In this document: in pieces, positions 48,578 through 59,057 of the stretch
How the letters are laid out: every line of letters starts with the position of its first letter
Position numbering within the stretch: position 1 is the first letter of the stretch
IMG/VR virus record: IMGVR_UViG_3300027969_002800
Location: 32,001 to 96,000 of that record
Direction: 5' to 3' (one strand)
DNA: 64,000 bases
Origin: a virus
Position numbers and translations under genes: made by a program
The notes under the pieces: generated by a model
Told to the model about the DNA's origin: nothing
The model's input: the letters and a program-made list of their open reading frames with translations, nothing else
Database searches by the model: none

Positions 48578-49578
48578 ATTATTTCTCTTTGTGTTAAATA
48601 TCTCTCAATTGTCTTTAATCCATGTGTTCTGGCAAGGTCTGCCCAATCTTTTATTCCTTCTTCTAGATAAATCTTTGGTACATTACAATACTCAAACCCA
48701 AACTTTTCTGTTATGAGTTGAGAATTCTTTACACCAGCTTCATCACTGTCAAAGGATAAGATTTGTGTGTCAGAGTTTTCTTTGATGTATTCTACATTCT
48801 CTTCAGAGAAACATCCTAAGCCTTCATTCTGTACAGCACAACAACATGGCACAACCTTCTTCATCACCATATAATCCTTCTTACTCTTATTGATGAATGC
48901 AACATCACAATCTTTTATATCTTGTAATCCATCCATCATTGTAATAGGAACATTGTTAGGCATCCATTTATTCTTCTTATCTGCAAATGGTCTGTAGATT
49001 TTCCAATAGCCCTCATATAGATAACCAAATCTAAGCTCAGTGTCCTTTAGAGGGAACTTCTGTTTGTTTAGATAGAGAGTGTCTATTGAATACACATTGT
49101 TAGCTCTAAGATCATCTATGTCCTGATAATATTCATTCCAATATGCTAGCTCTTCGTGTGTGAACTTTCTTGACTTCACTTGAATAAAGAATTCACGTTT
49201 GCTTAATAATGGTGGTTGCGTATATTCAGAAACAATTCTCTCATAGTTTTTTGTAGAAGAAGAATTAACAATACCAAGATCAAAATCTCTATCAATCATA
49301 AACAATGCTTCACTTAATGATGATAGATTGAATAGCATTACCACAAAATTAAAACATCCACCTCTTCTAGTAGAATCTGAAAAATCATGAAATGTTAATG
49401 CTTTTCCTTTATATCCTATAATGAATGAAGGATTCTTCTCGTTTCTAAATGGTGAATAAGTAACAACATTTATCTTCCAGTTATCGTGAGGCATATACAT
49501 TCTGTATATATCATATTCAGATATCCTGCTCAGTATATTCTCACATGTTAGTTTTACTCTTCTTGTTCCTTTTATCAT
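48574..49578 (-). CDS. DNA primase (crAss-like)
   Basis: SPFRNEKNPSF; KIYRP; TOPRIM-like KS.KD..FDSDEAG..KDWAD. Confidence 0.8.
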   Translation of the reverse strand: MIKGTRRVKLTCENILSRISEYDIYRMYMPHDNWKINVVTYSPFRNEKNPSFIIGYKGKALTFHDFSDSTRRGGCFNFVVMLFNLSSLSEALFMIDRDFDLGIVNSSSTKNYERIVSEYTQPPLLSKREFFIQVKSRKFTHEELAYWNEYYQDIDDLRANNVYSIDTLYLNKQKFPLKDTELRFGYLYEGYWKIYRPFADKKNKWMPNNVPITMMDGLQDIKDCDVAFINKSKKDYMVMKKVVPCCCAVQNEGLGCFSEENVEYIKENSDTQILSFDSDEAGVKNSQLITEKFGFEYCNVPKIYLEEGIKDWADLARTHGLKTIERYLTQREII

Positions 49579-49642
49579 AGCTCTAAATGTAAATTATTGC
49601 TATTAGTACCAATTATTGGTACTTTTCGCAAACTATTACTAA

Positions 49643-49677
49643 TAAAAAACCCTCTCCAAATTAATGAAGAGGGCTCT
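49643..49677 (-). terminator. Intrinsic terminator-like hairpin
   Basis: CCCTCT...AGAGGG stem with a T-run on the - strand. Confidence 0.5.
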
Positions 49678-49694
49678 TACTAACAATAAATCAA

Positions 49695-50567
49695 TTAATA
49701 ATCATCTCCATCTTCAGATATAAACGCATCAGAAGCAACTAAGTTATCATCTGTGTTATAATCTTGTAAATCTTTCAGGATGTAATAGTCTTTACAACCA
49801 TATTCTCCAACAACATTCACTACGAATTTCTCATGTGCTTTCAATTCTTTTGGTTTCTTATTCTTAAGATTATCTATTGTTTTTCTGTTTCCATAATCAA
49901 CAAGTCTAAATTGTTTAAGACCACCTCCATAAAGAAAAGCTTTGTTGTAGATTCCTTGATACTCTTTAGACTCACCATCACGTTCTTTAACTATGACAGT
50001 AGCTAATGCACCCACTGGACCACACCATTCACCATTGATTTCATCTTTAAGTTGTTTCACATTACCTTTCATCAACTTCTTCCATTCTATTTCTAATGTT
50101 GTAGTTGCTTTACGATAATCTAATTCACACAACCATGTGCGTAAGAAGTTATAAAAATCTTCTTCACCTACATATGCAATTCTATAATCTCTATCTTTCT
50201 TAAACCAATCAGCTAGATCATTCTCATCAGCTGCCCAAGAACACATACCAACATTATTGACATATTGATTCTTAGTACCATCTTTATTCTCACGTTCTTT
50301 ATCTTCTAAGAAGAAGCTCACTTTGAACTTATCTTTATTTTTAAGTTCTTCTAACCATATATCAACACGAAGATAGTTATTACCATCTTTGGTCTCACCT
50401 AAGTACTCAGCAGCTTTGCTGTCTTCTTTAAGTTCCATACCAAGTATGTCTTTAAACTCTTCGATTGTTGGATTAATAGCTACTACGTTTGCTTCAAACA
50501 AACCAACTTTTTTTCCGAAATCTCCACTTCCTGTGTTTTCTCTTTTACTTCCGCCAATTCCTGCCAT
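49695..50567 (-). CDS. Putative single-stranded DNA-binding protein
   Basis: Between primase and AAA ATPase; acidic C-terminal tail (SEDGDDY). Confidence 0.5.
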   Translation of the reverse strand: MAGIGGSKRENTGSGDFGKKVGLFEANVVAINPTIEEFKDILGMELKEDSKAAEYLGETKDGNNYLRVDIWLEELKNKDKFKVSFFLEDKERENKDGTKNQYVNNVGMCSWAADENDLADWFKKDRDYRIAYVGEEDFYNFLRTWLCELDYRKATTTLEIEWKKLMKGNVKQLKDEINGEWCGPVGALATVIVKERDGESKEYQGIYNKAFLYGGGLKQFRLVDYGNRKTIDNLKNKKPKELKAHEKFVVNVVGEYGCKDYYILKDLQDYNTDDNLVASDAFISEDGDDY

Positions 50568-50595
50568 AATTTTGATTTTTAATTTATTTATTTAG

Positions 50596-51270
50596 TTATG
50601 CATTATAATAATTAGTTAAACTGTCTGCTACTAATTGCAGATTGTTTGGTATTTTAAGCTCTTGGAACATTCCATCAGGGCTTTTAGCTGGTATCTTTCT
50701 ATAACGATTAGTTATTAGTTGATAGTTAACTGTTCCATCTTTGTTCTCTTCTACACTAGTGTATAGACAAACAGTCAACAGTCCTTCAAGTAAGACTTGA
50801 TTGTCAATTAATTTACCTGCTGTTTTGATTTTATATCCTATGATATCTTGTCCATCCATTATTTCTTCTGGATGTGTTAGATAGAACACAGTGATATCAT
50901 TTCTTAACTGTCTAGCAGTTCTAAATAGATCTACCATGTCTTTAGCCATAACACTAAATTTGGTAAATCCTGTCTCTGTAGCTTTACTCACCATATTGAA
51001 TCCCATAATATAATTAGAGTCTTCAATGATGATGTTCTTAACATGTGGAGCTTTTTCAGAAATAGTCTTTAATAAACGAGTGATCTCGTTAGCATCATCT
51101 ACTTCCTTGTAATTCTTCTTTTCTAGATTGTAAAGTTTCTCACTCCCTTTGAATGGAAGTTCTTTCTTTGCAACATTGATAATGTACGTTTCTTCTGGAT
51201 TTAAATGCTTTATTGCTGTACTTTTTCCTGTACCAGTTGCACCTACAATCCCTACTAATTTACTTGCCAT
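50596..51270 (-). CDS. AAA ATPase (Sak4/AAA_24-like)
   Basis: GATGTGKST; IIIED; KTAGK; AKSP. Confidence 0.8.
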   Translation of the reverse strand: MASKLVGIVGATGTGKSTAIKHLNPEETYIINVAKKELPFKGSEKLYNLEKKNYKEVDDANEITRLLKTISEKAPHVKNIIIEDSNYIMGFNMVSKATETGFTKFSVMAKDMVDLFRTARQLRNDITVFYLTHPEEIMDGQDIIGYKIKTAGKLIDNQVLLEGLLTVCLYTSVEENKDGTVNYQLITNRYRKIPAKSPDGMFQELKIPNNLQLVADSLTNYYNA

Positions 51271-51331
51271 TGATTTTAATTTATTTAGTTATTTAATTTT
51301 CATTATATAAAGATAAGAATAATTTTTTTAA

Positions 51332-51883
51332 TTATATCTTTTTATTCCAAGGTATTTTACCAAATCTAGGATTTTTGTCTCCTTTTTTAGCTTCTGATAT
51401 TCTTTGTTTATGTTCTTCAGATTTTTTAACACCTTTATTGGCTTGAGACATTTTTAATTTTGTTTCATCTGATAATTTTCTATCTTGTTTTGCTAAAGAT
51501 AGCTTTAATCTGTGCTCTGGAGATAATTTCTTACCAGTTAAGGCTTTTTTGGTTTTCTCAATTGCTTCTACACTATTTCCAGCTTTATTTAATGGATGTG
51601 TAGGTTTCATATTGTAGCCTTTATTATAGTTAAATGCATCTAACATATTACACCAATAATGCTCTTGTGAATATAAATATTCTTCATCACATTCTTCAAG
51701 AATTTCAAAATCAAATGATTTTTCACCATACTTATTAAAAGCACGTTGAAGATGTTCATTTATATGAATATTGTTTCTTAAAGTATATTTATGTTTGGAA
51801 ATTCTATTTAAAAAATTAATAGTTTTTCCTACATAAAGTTTATTATTTACTTTATTGGTGATTGTGTAGATGCATGAAGTCAT
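51332..51883 (-). CDS. GIY-YIG homing endonuclease with NUMOD3 repeats
   Basis: CIYTITN..LYVGKT..R..H; GYN; NPRFGK. Confidence 0.9.
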   Translation of the reverse strand: MTSCIYTITNKVNNKLYVGKTINFLNRISKHKYTLRNNIHINEHLQRAFNKYGEKSFDFEILEECDEEYLYSQEHYWCNMLDAFNYNKGYNMKPTHPLNKAGNSVEAIEKTKKALTGKKLSPEHRLKLSLAKQDRKLSDETKLKMSQANKGVKKSEEHKQRISEAKKGDKNPRFGKIPWNKKI

Positions 51884-52959
51884 AAGTAAAATATTTTATC
51901 TTTGTCAAACAGATCTAAGGCTCTTGAAAGCCATGTTAATTCGATAGGTTCTGTTGTACTAACAATACAAATATACGCTTTTTTTTCTAAATTATCATAA
52001 TCCATTGCCATACATCTAAATATTTTTTGTGTAAGATTTTCAGGATTTGAATCAAAAGAATTTATTATAACTCTATTTAACTTTGAAAATGTCACTCCTG
52101 TATTACCAATCTTTACAACAGCTAAATGTTTTCCTTCTCCTTCAGCAAAGTCTTCAAAAATACTTTTTTCTTTAGACTTATTATGATAGGATGGAATACC
52201 AAGATTATCTGCAACAGCAGTGGTACCGCAGAATACTAAGACCCTCTCATTTTTATGTGCAGCCAAAAGTGCCTTTGTAGCTATAGATTTGGCTAGGGAT
52301 GATTGAATCAAACGCATTCTAGCTAGACGTAAAAACATTGTATCTGTACCACTATTCTGTAGTTTGTTAATCACCCAGGATATGCCATCATAATGCTTCT
52401 TCTCAGTCTTGAGCTTACCCTTGTAATCATTGTACACAGTGTTATCTAAAGGCACTCTTATTACATGTATTTCATAATCTACAATAACACCTTCTTCAAT
52501 TGCTTTTTCAATTGGATATGTAGCTATTACATGTATGTCAAGTTCTTCTTCTAATGTTCGTTCTGTATCACTGGCTAATGTACCAGTGAGACCAAGAATC
52601 TGTTTGTTGTTATCAAACAAATCCTTACACACTTCTATCTGAGCTTCACTCAGTAGATGTATCTCATCTATAATAACAAGATCATACTTCTTATCACTAT
52701 ATTTCTTTAGTGATAGGTGAGTTGTATATGTTACATTAGCATCGAGATATCCTCTATCAGCAAAATCAGCTTGCCAAGAGTCTTTAATCTTATTATCTGG
52801 ATAAGCAATAAGCACGCTCTTAAGTTTTGGTTTAAAATGTTCTAGTATATTAATACTAGTTCTTATCTTACCAAACCTAGGACATAAGTTTAATATGCCA
52901 TGCTTCTTTTTTAACCATACATCAGCAAATTCTCTTTGCCTTTTATCACGTATTGTCAT
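51880..52959 (-). CDS. SF2 (DEAD/DEAH-like) helicase
   Basis: PRFGK, IIDEIH, LGLTGT. Confidence 0.82.
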   Translation of the reverse strand: MTIRDKRQREFADVWLKKKHGILNLCPRFGKIRTSINILEHFKPKLKSVLIAYPDNKIKDSWQADFADRGYLDANVTYTTHLSLKKYSDKKYDLVIIDEIHLLSEAQIEVCKDLFDNNKQILGLTGTLASDTERTLEEELDIHVIATYPIEKAIEEGVIVDYEIHVIRVPLDNTVYNDYKGKLKTEKKHYDGISWVINKLQNSGTDTMFLRLARMRLIQSSLAKSIATKALLAAHKNERVLVFCGTTAVADNLGIPSYHNKSKEKSIFEDFAEGEGKHLAVVKIGNTGVTFSKLNRVIINSFDSNPENLTQKIFRCMAMDYDNLEKKAYICIVSTTEPIELTWLSRALDLFDKDKIFYL

Positions 52960-54023
52960 TCTCTTAGGAAATATGATTTATTTGTTACGCTCTGATAGTC
53001 ATCATCAGTGATGTCTTTTTTTCTAGGCAATTCCTTGAATAGGCCCAATTCACCCAAGAATGCAAGTCCTATTCTTAAATCGTCTGCACCATAGCTATTT
53101 TTAATAAGTCTAACACTTCTAAAATACTTAGCACCATATTCATCTTTTAGTTTATCTAAGTCATAACCACTAGGGTCTGCCACTTTGTATCTCATAGGAT
53201 CAAATAATGCCATAACAACATCAGCATCATTCTGTGTTGCTGAGCTGTCTGCAAAATCCTCTAGTTGAGGTTCTACATCACCATTCTTTATTCTAGAAGG
53301 ATTAGAAATGTCACGATTGAACTGACTAACCACCACTGGTGAATATCCATAGAAATCTCTAGCATATCTAAGTTCATCAGACATCTTATCAATAGCTTGT
53401 TTCTTTGTAGGTTGATCTTTAGTTAGCTTAAGCAAACCAATGTGATCTATTACCACCATAGTGATTTGACTTGGGTCATTAGGAATATATATTTTATTCC
53501 ATTTATCCAATTGTTCTATTGTACCATTCTCTAGCGCATAATCTTTTAGCTCTTTTGCTATACCTACAGGATTTTCTGGTCCATCAATGATAGTAACAAT
53601 TTCACACAGCTTATCTACATAATCTTTGTAATGTAAGAACAGATCATGTTCATCTTTAGTCAGCTTCTCAGTCCAACCAAGAAGCTTACCTACAGGAATA
53701 ATGATTCCCTGGTCTAGAAATATTTTACGAGATACCCATTTGGCAATCTTATAAGTTCTACTTCTCTCCATGGACCTATACCACACCTTCACTTTGATAC
53801 CTGAAGCAATTCCTTCTTTAGACATAGCCCAATCAACAGGATTAAGAACAAATGCATCATCAATGAAAGATGTTTTACCACTACCAGTTAGACCACCTAC
53901 AAGATAATACATACTCTTACGAATACCTACATATCTAGTCAAGCGATCAAATCCCATAGGGATTCCTTTGTTGAGATCATTCATCCCTTTCTCAACTTCT
54001 GCATTTAATAGTTCAAAACTCAT
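52956..54023 (-). CDS. dnaB: DnaB-like replicative helicase
   Basis: GLTGSGKT, SME, VIDHIG, SQFNR, QNDADVV. Confidence 0.85.
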   Translation of the reverse strand: MSFELLNAEVEKGMNDLNKGIPMGFDRLTRYVGIRKSMYYLVGGLTGSGKTSFIDDAFVLNPVDWAMSKEGIASGIKVKVWYRSMERSRTYKIAKWVSRKIFLDQGIIIPVGKLLGWTEKLTKDEHDLFLHYKDYVDKLCEIVTIIDGPENPVGIAKELKDYALENGTIEQLDKWNKIYIPNDPSQITMVVIDHIGLLKLTKDQPTKKQAIDKMSDELRYARDFYGYSPVVVSQFNRDISNPSRIKNGDVEPQLEDFADSSATQNDADVVMALFDPMRYKVADPSGYDLDKLKDEYGAKYFRSVRLIKNSYGADDLRIGLAFLGELGLFKELPRKKDITDDDYQSVTNKSYFLRE

Positions 54024-54231
54024 GTTTTATGTTTTTAGATGGATATCTACTTATTCTTGACCTAGGATTTTCTTTCATTGCATGCTTTAATGAATCATAC
54101 TCAGTAAAAACTCCTTCTGGCTTATATCCACATTCATTTTCATAAATGTAAATATCTGGAGCATCTTTTAATTCTAATTCATTATATAGCTCAACTGTTC
54201 TATCATCAAATGTAACTACTCTTTGTTTCAT
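54013..54231 (-). CDS. Hypothetical protein
   Basis: Operon packing. Confidence 0.45.
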   Translation of the reverse strand: MKQRVVTFDDRTVELYNELELKDAPDIYIYENECGYKPEGVFTEYDSLKHAMKENPRSRISRYPSKNIKHEF

Positions 54232-54422
54232 AATAGCTCTATTTCTTGTTTAACTTCTAACCAAAATGGTTTCATCACTTGATAACAGTGTTCTAATATC
54301 TCATCAACTGCTATTAATGCACAATTCTTAGCTCTTTGTAAACAATCTTCTTGTCCAAGTTTCCATTGAACATTAGGATAGAACTTCTGAATTAATTCTT
54401 TAGCCTTTTCTTTTGGTGTCAT
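54228..54422 (-). CDS. Hypothetical protein
   Basis: MTPKEKAKEL..AKNCALIAVDEI..EVKQEIE, a Flavobacterium-phage-type ORF. Confidence 0.6.
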   Translation of the reverse strand: MTPKEKAKELIQKFYPNVQWKLGQEDCLQRAKNCALIAVDEILEHCYQVMKPFWLEVKQEIELL

Positions 54423-55051
54423 TAGATATCTGTACCTCCTGTTGGTTTTAGTTTAGCTTCAGTGATTGTTCCACCATCTTTAATTAGTTCAATGAAAGGC
54501 TCAAATGCTCTTTGATTCAGATATACAGAGGATCCTTGCATAAACTTAAGTCTATTGGCATTCTCTGTAATGGATGTTTCTTTCTTTTGATTCACCTCGA
54601 AGTTGAGAGCAGCTATAAGTTGTTCAGCTGTATATTCTCCTTCTAAGAGTATTTTATCAAATTTCAATCTACAATCATCTTTATGTAATCTAAGTGCTCT
54701 AGTGCCCTTGAATGTCTTACCCTTGTGTTCAAATGAATCTGTACCTGGGTAAGTCTTCCACCACTCTTCAAAATCTGTTGTGGCAGGTCTTCTTCTTACA
54801 ATCTTAGTGTTCATCTTAGTGTCCATAAACACTAACAAATCTCTACCTAGCACTGTGAGTTTCTCATCATCTTTTGTTATCAATGCCTTTCTTATTAAAG
54901 ACTGATAGACAGAAGCAATCTTCATACTCCCCTCACATAGAGGAGAGACATCATACTGTTCGTCTATCAGCTTCAGTAGAAATATAACATCAAGGTTGTG
55001 ACCTCTTTTGATGAGCTCCTCGTATTGTTGAGGGCTTATTGTCAATTTCAT
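54422..55051 (-). CDS. Hypothetical replication-associated protein
   Basis: FEEWWKTYP..YLNQ pattern resembles initiator C-terminal domains; upstream of dnaB. Confidence 0.5.
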   Translation of the reverse strand: MKLTISPQQYEELIKRGHNLDVIFLLKLIDEQYDVSPLCEGSMKIASVYQSLIRKALITKDDEKLTVLGRDLLVFMDTKMNTKIVRRRPATTDFEEWWKTYPGTDSFEHKGKTFKGTRALRLHKDDCRLKFDKILLEGEYTAEQLIAALNFEVNQKKETSITENANRLKFMQGSSVYLNQRAFEPFIELIKDGGTITEAKLKPTGGTDI

Positions 55052-55199
55052 GTTTTACTATTTTAATTTTTGCAGGTTTTCTTTTCTTATTCTCCTGTTC
55101 ATCTTCCCATTTATGCCATGCTGCTTCAATCTCTTTTTGTCTCTCAACAGCATAGATTTCATCATTGGTGTATTCCCAATCTTGTAACAGCCAGTCCAT
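54990..55199 (-). CDS. Hypothetical protein
   Basis: Operon packing. Confidence 0.4.
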   Translation of the reverse strand: MDWLLQDWEYTNDEIYAVERQKEIEAAWHKWEDEQENKKRKPAKIKIVKHEIDNKPSTIRGAHQKRSQP

Positions 55200-55201
55200 A
55201 A

Positions 55202-55465
55202 TTATTTAGCTTTTCTAGGTCTCCCAATTTGCTTCTTAGCACCTGTTGTAGTTTTGATAACGTTAGCCTTAGGAGTTCTCTTTGTGTATTTTCTCTTTGG
55301 CTTAACTTCTAGCTCTACTACATCATCACTTTTGATTGGGTAATCATCATCGTTCTCCATTTTAATTGTAACTGTTAAGTCTCTAGATGATCTAAATAAA
55401 CCTAATATCACTGCTGTAGCAACAGCAACAATTCCTGTAATAATAATAACTGAATTTGTTTCCAT
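55202..55465 (-). CDS. Membrane-anchored protein with a basic AT-hook-like tail
   Basis: N-terminal TM helix; ends GRPRKAK. Confidence 0.5.
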   Translation of the reverse strand: METNSVIIITGIVAVATAVILGLFRSSRDLTVTIKMENDDDYPIKSDDVVELEVKPKRKYTKRTPKANVIKTTTGAKKQIGRPRKAK

Positions 55466-55476
55466 GTTTTCTTTCT

Positions 55477-55737
55477 TTAATTGTTAATGATTTTTAATCC
55501 AAACTGTAGGTCAAACCATCCGAAGGTTGACTCAGCTTTACTTTTGTTAAACTTAAATATTTTTTTTAGTAATGGAATAGCATAACGCTTGAATTCCTCA
55601 TGTTGTTCTTCTGTCATGGTATTATTACTATACCACAATTCATCTTCTTTAATATCATCAACAGTCTTACCAACCATTTTTAATTGGTATTCTATTAGAT
55701 GATCCGTAATGTTTGTACGGTTTACTTTTGCTTTCAT
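55477..55737 (-). CDS. Hypothetical protein
   Basis: Ends WFDLQFGLKI. Confidence 0.55.
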   Translation of the reverse strand: MKAKVNRTNITDHLIEYQLKMVGKTVDDIKEDELWYSNNTMTEEQHEEFKRYAIPLLKKIFKFNKSKAESTFGWFDLQFGLKIINN

Positions 55738-57695
55738 TCAAATAAATTTAATTGGTTAGGTATGTACACTGTTTTGATTCTTCTGCCTTCATTGTTAATC
55801 TTGGTGACTAGTCTGTTTGCTTTCTCTATGTAATAATCATAGTTTACATTATCAGTTTTACTGCGTTTTGGTAAGTAATTACAAACTTTACATACCCATT
55901 CGCCTGCTTCTATCTGACTGATTGCAGCAGCTCTAGTTTGACATTCAGGATTCTTCACCTTAAATATCTTATCACCATCGTTTGATACATAGTAACGTAT
56001 CAACTTGTTGTACACAGTAGTTTCTCCTGTAGTTCTATTCGTTCCTTCATAATGAAAACTTCTAGTTGCTTTCTGTCTTAAACAAAAATCATATAGATTA
56101 GTATGATGTATAATCGTAGTATCCACAGGAGTGCCATAAACAAAATAACGCTCAAGAGCAATGGGAACAATTCTAGCTGACTTGTTCTTGTGCAATTCAA
56201 AATCAGTAAGGAAATCACCTTTTTTCTTAATCTCTCCATTTGTCATAATTGCTAAATAATCATTCACTGTACTAAAAATAATCTTGGAATAGTCAGTCCT
56301 CTCTAATTCATATTGTGTTAGGTCCATCCAGTCCTTGTTGATCTCATGCATCAAAGGAAGTAATTCTTTCTTAATCTTGATAGTTACACCATCTGTGTTG
56401 GCAGAAATCACATGTATATCATTTAACTCGTATTGTTCAATAAGCATCATCAATGATAGTTCACCAGTTATAGTGGTGAACATAGTGAGTTGCCTATCAT
56501 ATATCCAGTTTTGCATATCTGATGATTTACCATATACAGAGTTAACAGCAAGTTTAAGTGCTCCAACAATTCCTTTAATCTTCTTATTACTCTTAGCAAG
56601 AGGTTTAAGCTCTAATCTTTTATCAAACATCTGTTTGTATCCTCTAAGGAATTCTTTTCCTAAATGAGCAGGAAACTTACCGTTGTTGATAATGATTGCT
56701 GGGTAATAAGAACTAACATCCCAATCGATTATCTCATAGTCTTCATCAGCTTCAAATATCTTAGGACTATTCTCTGTGTGAAGACCACCTTTCATAAAAG
56801 AATATACATTTCCATAGAAATCTATATGCTCTTTGAAATCATCTTGCAGACCAAGCTGCATTTTCTTTATCTTAGTTAAGAATGTCTTAAGCTGTGGTGT
56901 TTGAAATTCAACATACCTAGCAATACAATTCTTAACATCAATTGTCTTTCTAAAATATCCCTTCTTAGGAAGCTCTGTATATTTTATACCTTTCTCTTGA
57001 CAATAATACTTCTTAATCATCTCATCACCAATTTTACTATCAGAATAGTTTAGACAAGGGATACCAAACTCTTGTTCGATATCCTGTCTAAGCTCTATTT
57101 GATTGTTTCCTTTGTATAAGGGATGATCTGTATCACCAAGTGTTATCTTATAGAATTCATACGTAGCATCAACATCATTGTGACAATAGTCAATAGTCAT
57201 TGCTACCTCTTCTTTTGTCATATCAACCTTAGTGTGATGTATAGGCATCTCTTCTATATTCTCAAGATCCATCTCAAACTCTAGTCTTTTTAGACTCACC
57301 ATTCGATTCTTATTATCGTAGTGGTGTATCTTGAACAGATCTAATTGTTTGAGGCTTAATTCATGCTCTCTGTACTCAGGAAACACATCATAATTAGCAT
57401 CATGTATAACATCAGCAGCCTTCTGTGCTATTCTTGCACATATTTCTAGGTTTGTTAACTCATGCCAATTCTCATAGTTTCTCAAGATCCATTCAACCAC
57501 TTGACTATCGAAGCGTAGATTATTATATCCCACCCAATAAGCATCACTATTAGCTTCTGTATATCTAACGAAAGCATCAAGTTGATTCTTCCATTTAGAT
57601 ACTTGAAAGCTTTTACCAGCTTTACCAGGCACCATACAAACAACACAAAACAGTTCTTGCATTGTCTCTATGTCGAAAATGATTACTTCTTTCAT
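55734..57695 (-). CDS. polB: DNA polymerase family B
   Basis: Exonuclease FDIET, GYNNLRFD and YCHNDV; polymerase DVSSYYP, KLAVNSVYGK and ANTDG. Confidence 0.93.
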   Translation of the reverse strand: MKEVIIFDIETMQELFCVVCMVPGKAGKSFQVSKWKNQLDAFVRYTEANSDAYWVGYNNLRFDSQVVEWILRNYENWHELTNLEICARIAQKAADVIHDANYDVFPEYREHELSLKQLDLFKIHHYDNKNRMVSLKRLEFEMDLENIEEMPIHHTKVDMTKEEVAMTIDYCHNDVDATYEFYKITLGDTDHPLYKGNNQIELRQDIEQEFGIPCLNYSDSKIGDEMIKKYYCQEKGIKYTELPKKGYFRKTIDVKNCIARYVEFQTPQLKTFLTKIKKMQLGLQDDFKEHIDFYGNVYSFMKGGLHTENSPKIFEADEDYEIIDWDVSSYYPAIIINNGKFPAHLGKEFLRGYKQMFDKRLELKPLAKSNKKIKGIVGALKLAVNSVYGKSSDMQNWIYDRQLTMFTTITGELSLMMLIEQYELNDIHVISANTDGVTIKIKKELLPLMHEINKDWMDLTQYELERTDYSKIIFSTVNDYLAIMTNGEIKKKGDFLTDFELHKNKSARIVPIALERYFVYGTPVDTTIIHHTNLYDFCLRQKATRSFHYEGTNRTTGETTVYNKLIRYYVSNDGDKIFKVKNPECQTRAAAISQIEAGEWVCKVCNYLPKRSKTDNVNYDYYIEKANRLVTKINNEGRRIKTVYIPNQLNLFE

Positions 57696-57886
57696 AGTTT
57701 TGTTTTTTTATGATCTGTCCAATCTAACCAAAATCCTATAGCTACAATAATGTTCATACTAAATGATGCTAATATTTCTACTATGTCCTTATATACATTA
57801 ATAGAAAGATGGATATGTCCTACTACCCAGAAGGGCATAGCAAGATTATTTGATATCCATCTAACTAAATAATTTATAAATTTCAT
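57692..57886 (-). CDS. Small membrane protein
   Basis: Two hydrophobic segments; TATCTTTG box at 57893-57900. Confidence 0.5.
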   Translation of the reverse strand: MKFINYLVRWISNNLAMPFWVVGHIHLSINVYKDIVEILASFSMNIIVAIGFWLDWTDHKKTKL

Positions 57887-57910
57887 AGCCTACAAAGATA
57901 ATGAAAAATA

Positions 57911-58357
57911 TTAGTTATTATAATAATATCTTACGTGATCAGAATATATTACCACTCTACTTGGTATACCATTGAATGATATATTAGTTGGAGGAACTTC
58001 AATACCTATTTCTGCAGGCTGTTGTTTAATCTCAGACTTCTCTACAATCTCTTCACATATCTCTTTTAATATTACTTCTGATTTACTATCAGTTACATCT
58101 AATAGAGAACCTGGCATAAGATCAAAGTCTATTGATTGTTGTACAATAGTTGGTCTAAGTTTTGTTTTCTTAGTTGGTCCATTCCAAGTGTTAGTAATCT
58201 TTCTAGTGTTTCTAGCTAATGCTACAGCTTTGCTATAAATACCTGATGATGGTCTTTCCCATTCTATAGCTAAATCTTCTGCTATAATAGGAAGAGGTTT
58301 ACCTGTTCTAATTTGTTGTTTAATCTCATTTACTTGCTTCGGTGTGTAATGTTTCAT
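57911..58357 (-). CDS. Hypothetical protein
   Basis: Possible N-terminal HTH. Confidence 0.5.
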   Translation of the reverse strand: MKHYTPKQVNEIKQQIRTGKPLPIIAEDLAIEWERPSSGIYSKAVALARNTRKITNTWNGPTKKTKLRPTIVQQSIDFDLMPGSLLDVTDSKSEVILKEICEEIVEKSEIKQQPAEIGIEVPPTNISFNGIPSRVVIYSDHVRYYYNN

Positions 58358-58602
58358 ACTGGTTTTAATTTACGGTTTATAAATTCTCTTACAATCATTC
58401 TATTCTTATGTGGTAACTCTCTAGTCTCAAACTCAACTTGTATGATGTTCTCATACACTTTTCTTGATATCATGTATTTAACACCATTCTTGTGAGTTGG
58501 ATCATTTGATTCTAATGTAGCAGCTGTATTCTTTAGCTTGTTAGCTATTGATTCAGCTATCTTTCTTTCTTTTGTATGCTTATCTGATGATAATATATTC
58601 AT
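58354..58602 (-). CDS. Hypothetical protein
   Basis: Operon packing. Confidence 0.45.
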   Translation of the reverse strand: MNILSSDKHTKERKIAESIANKLKNTAATLESNDPTHKNGVKYMISRKVYENIIQVEFETRELPHKNRMIVREFINRKLKPV

Positions 58603-58604
58603 AT

Positions 58605-59057
58605 TTATTCTTCTTCTAATCCATCATTTAATGTTTCATCCCAATCATCATCTGATTCAGGAACTCTTAATATCACTCTATCTTCAAATAATATAACACC
58701 TGGATGTTCAGTTTCATCACTTATCTCTATATCTATATATCCATCACACTCTCGTAATATGAAATTGATATCATCTAATGATACTTCTCTAAGTTCATCT
58801 GTGTGTTGTCCTTCATCCCACCAACCAAGTTCTTCTTCAGTTGCTAATAGTTCTTCATCATCATCTATGATGAATAGTTCAACAGGCGCACCATTAGCAG
58901 CCATAAATGCATCAGCATCTTCAGGAACTTCTTCTAGTGCCCATAGTTCTACATATGGCTCCATTATGCCAACAGATATTCTGTTGACAAAGAGCATACC
59001 CTCCTCTAATGTAAAAGGAAGGTAACTCTTTAATACTATTTCTCCTGTATACCACAT
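58605..59057 (-). CDS. Highly acidic hypothetical protein
   Basis: Very D/E-rich, 150 aa. Confidence 0.55.
   Translation of the reverse strand: MWYTGEIVLKSYLPFTLEEGMLFVNRISVGIMEPYVELWALEEVPEDADAFMAANGAPVELFIIDDDEELLATEEELGWWDEGQHTDELREVSLDDINFILRECDGYIDIEISDETEHPGVILFEDRVILRVPESDDDWDETLNDGLEEE

Noticed and set aside
51332-51883. Gene-end duplication around the GIY-YIG (and the HEGs at 28747 and 31099) like the endolysin case
   Set aside because: No convincing duplicated peptide was found by eye; a more AT-rich 3' end of the neighbouring gene is only suggestive.
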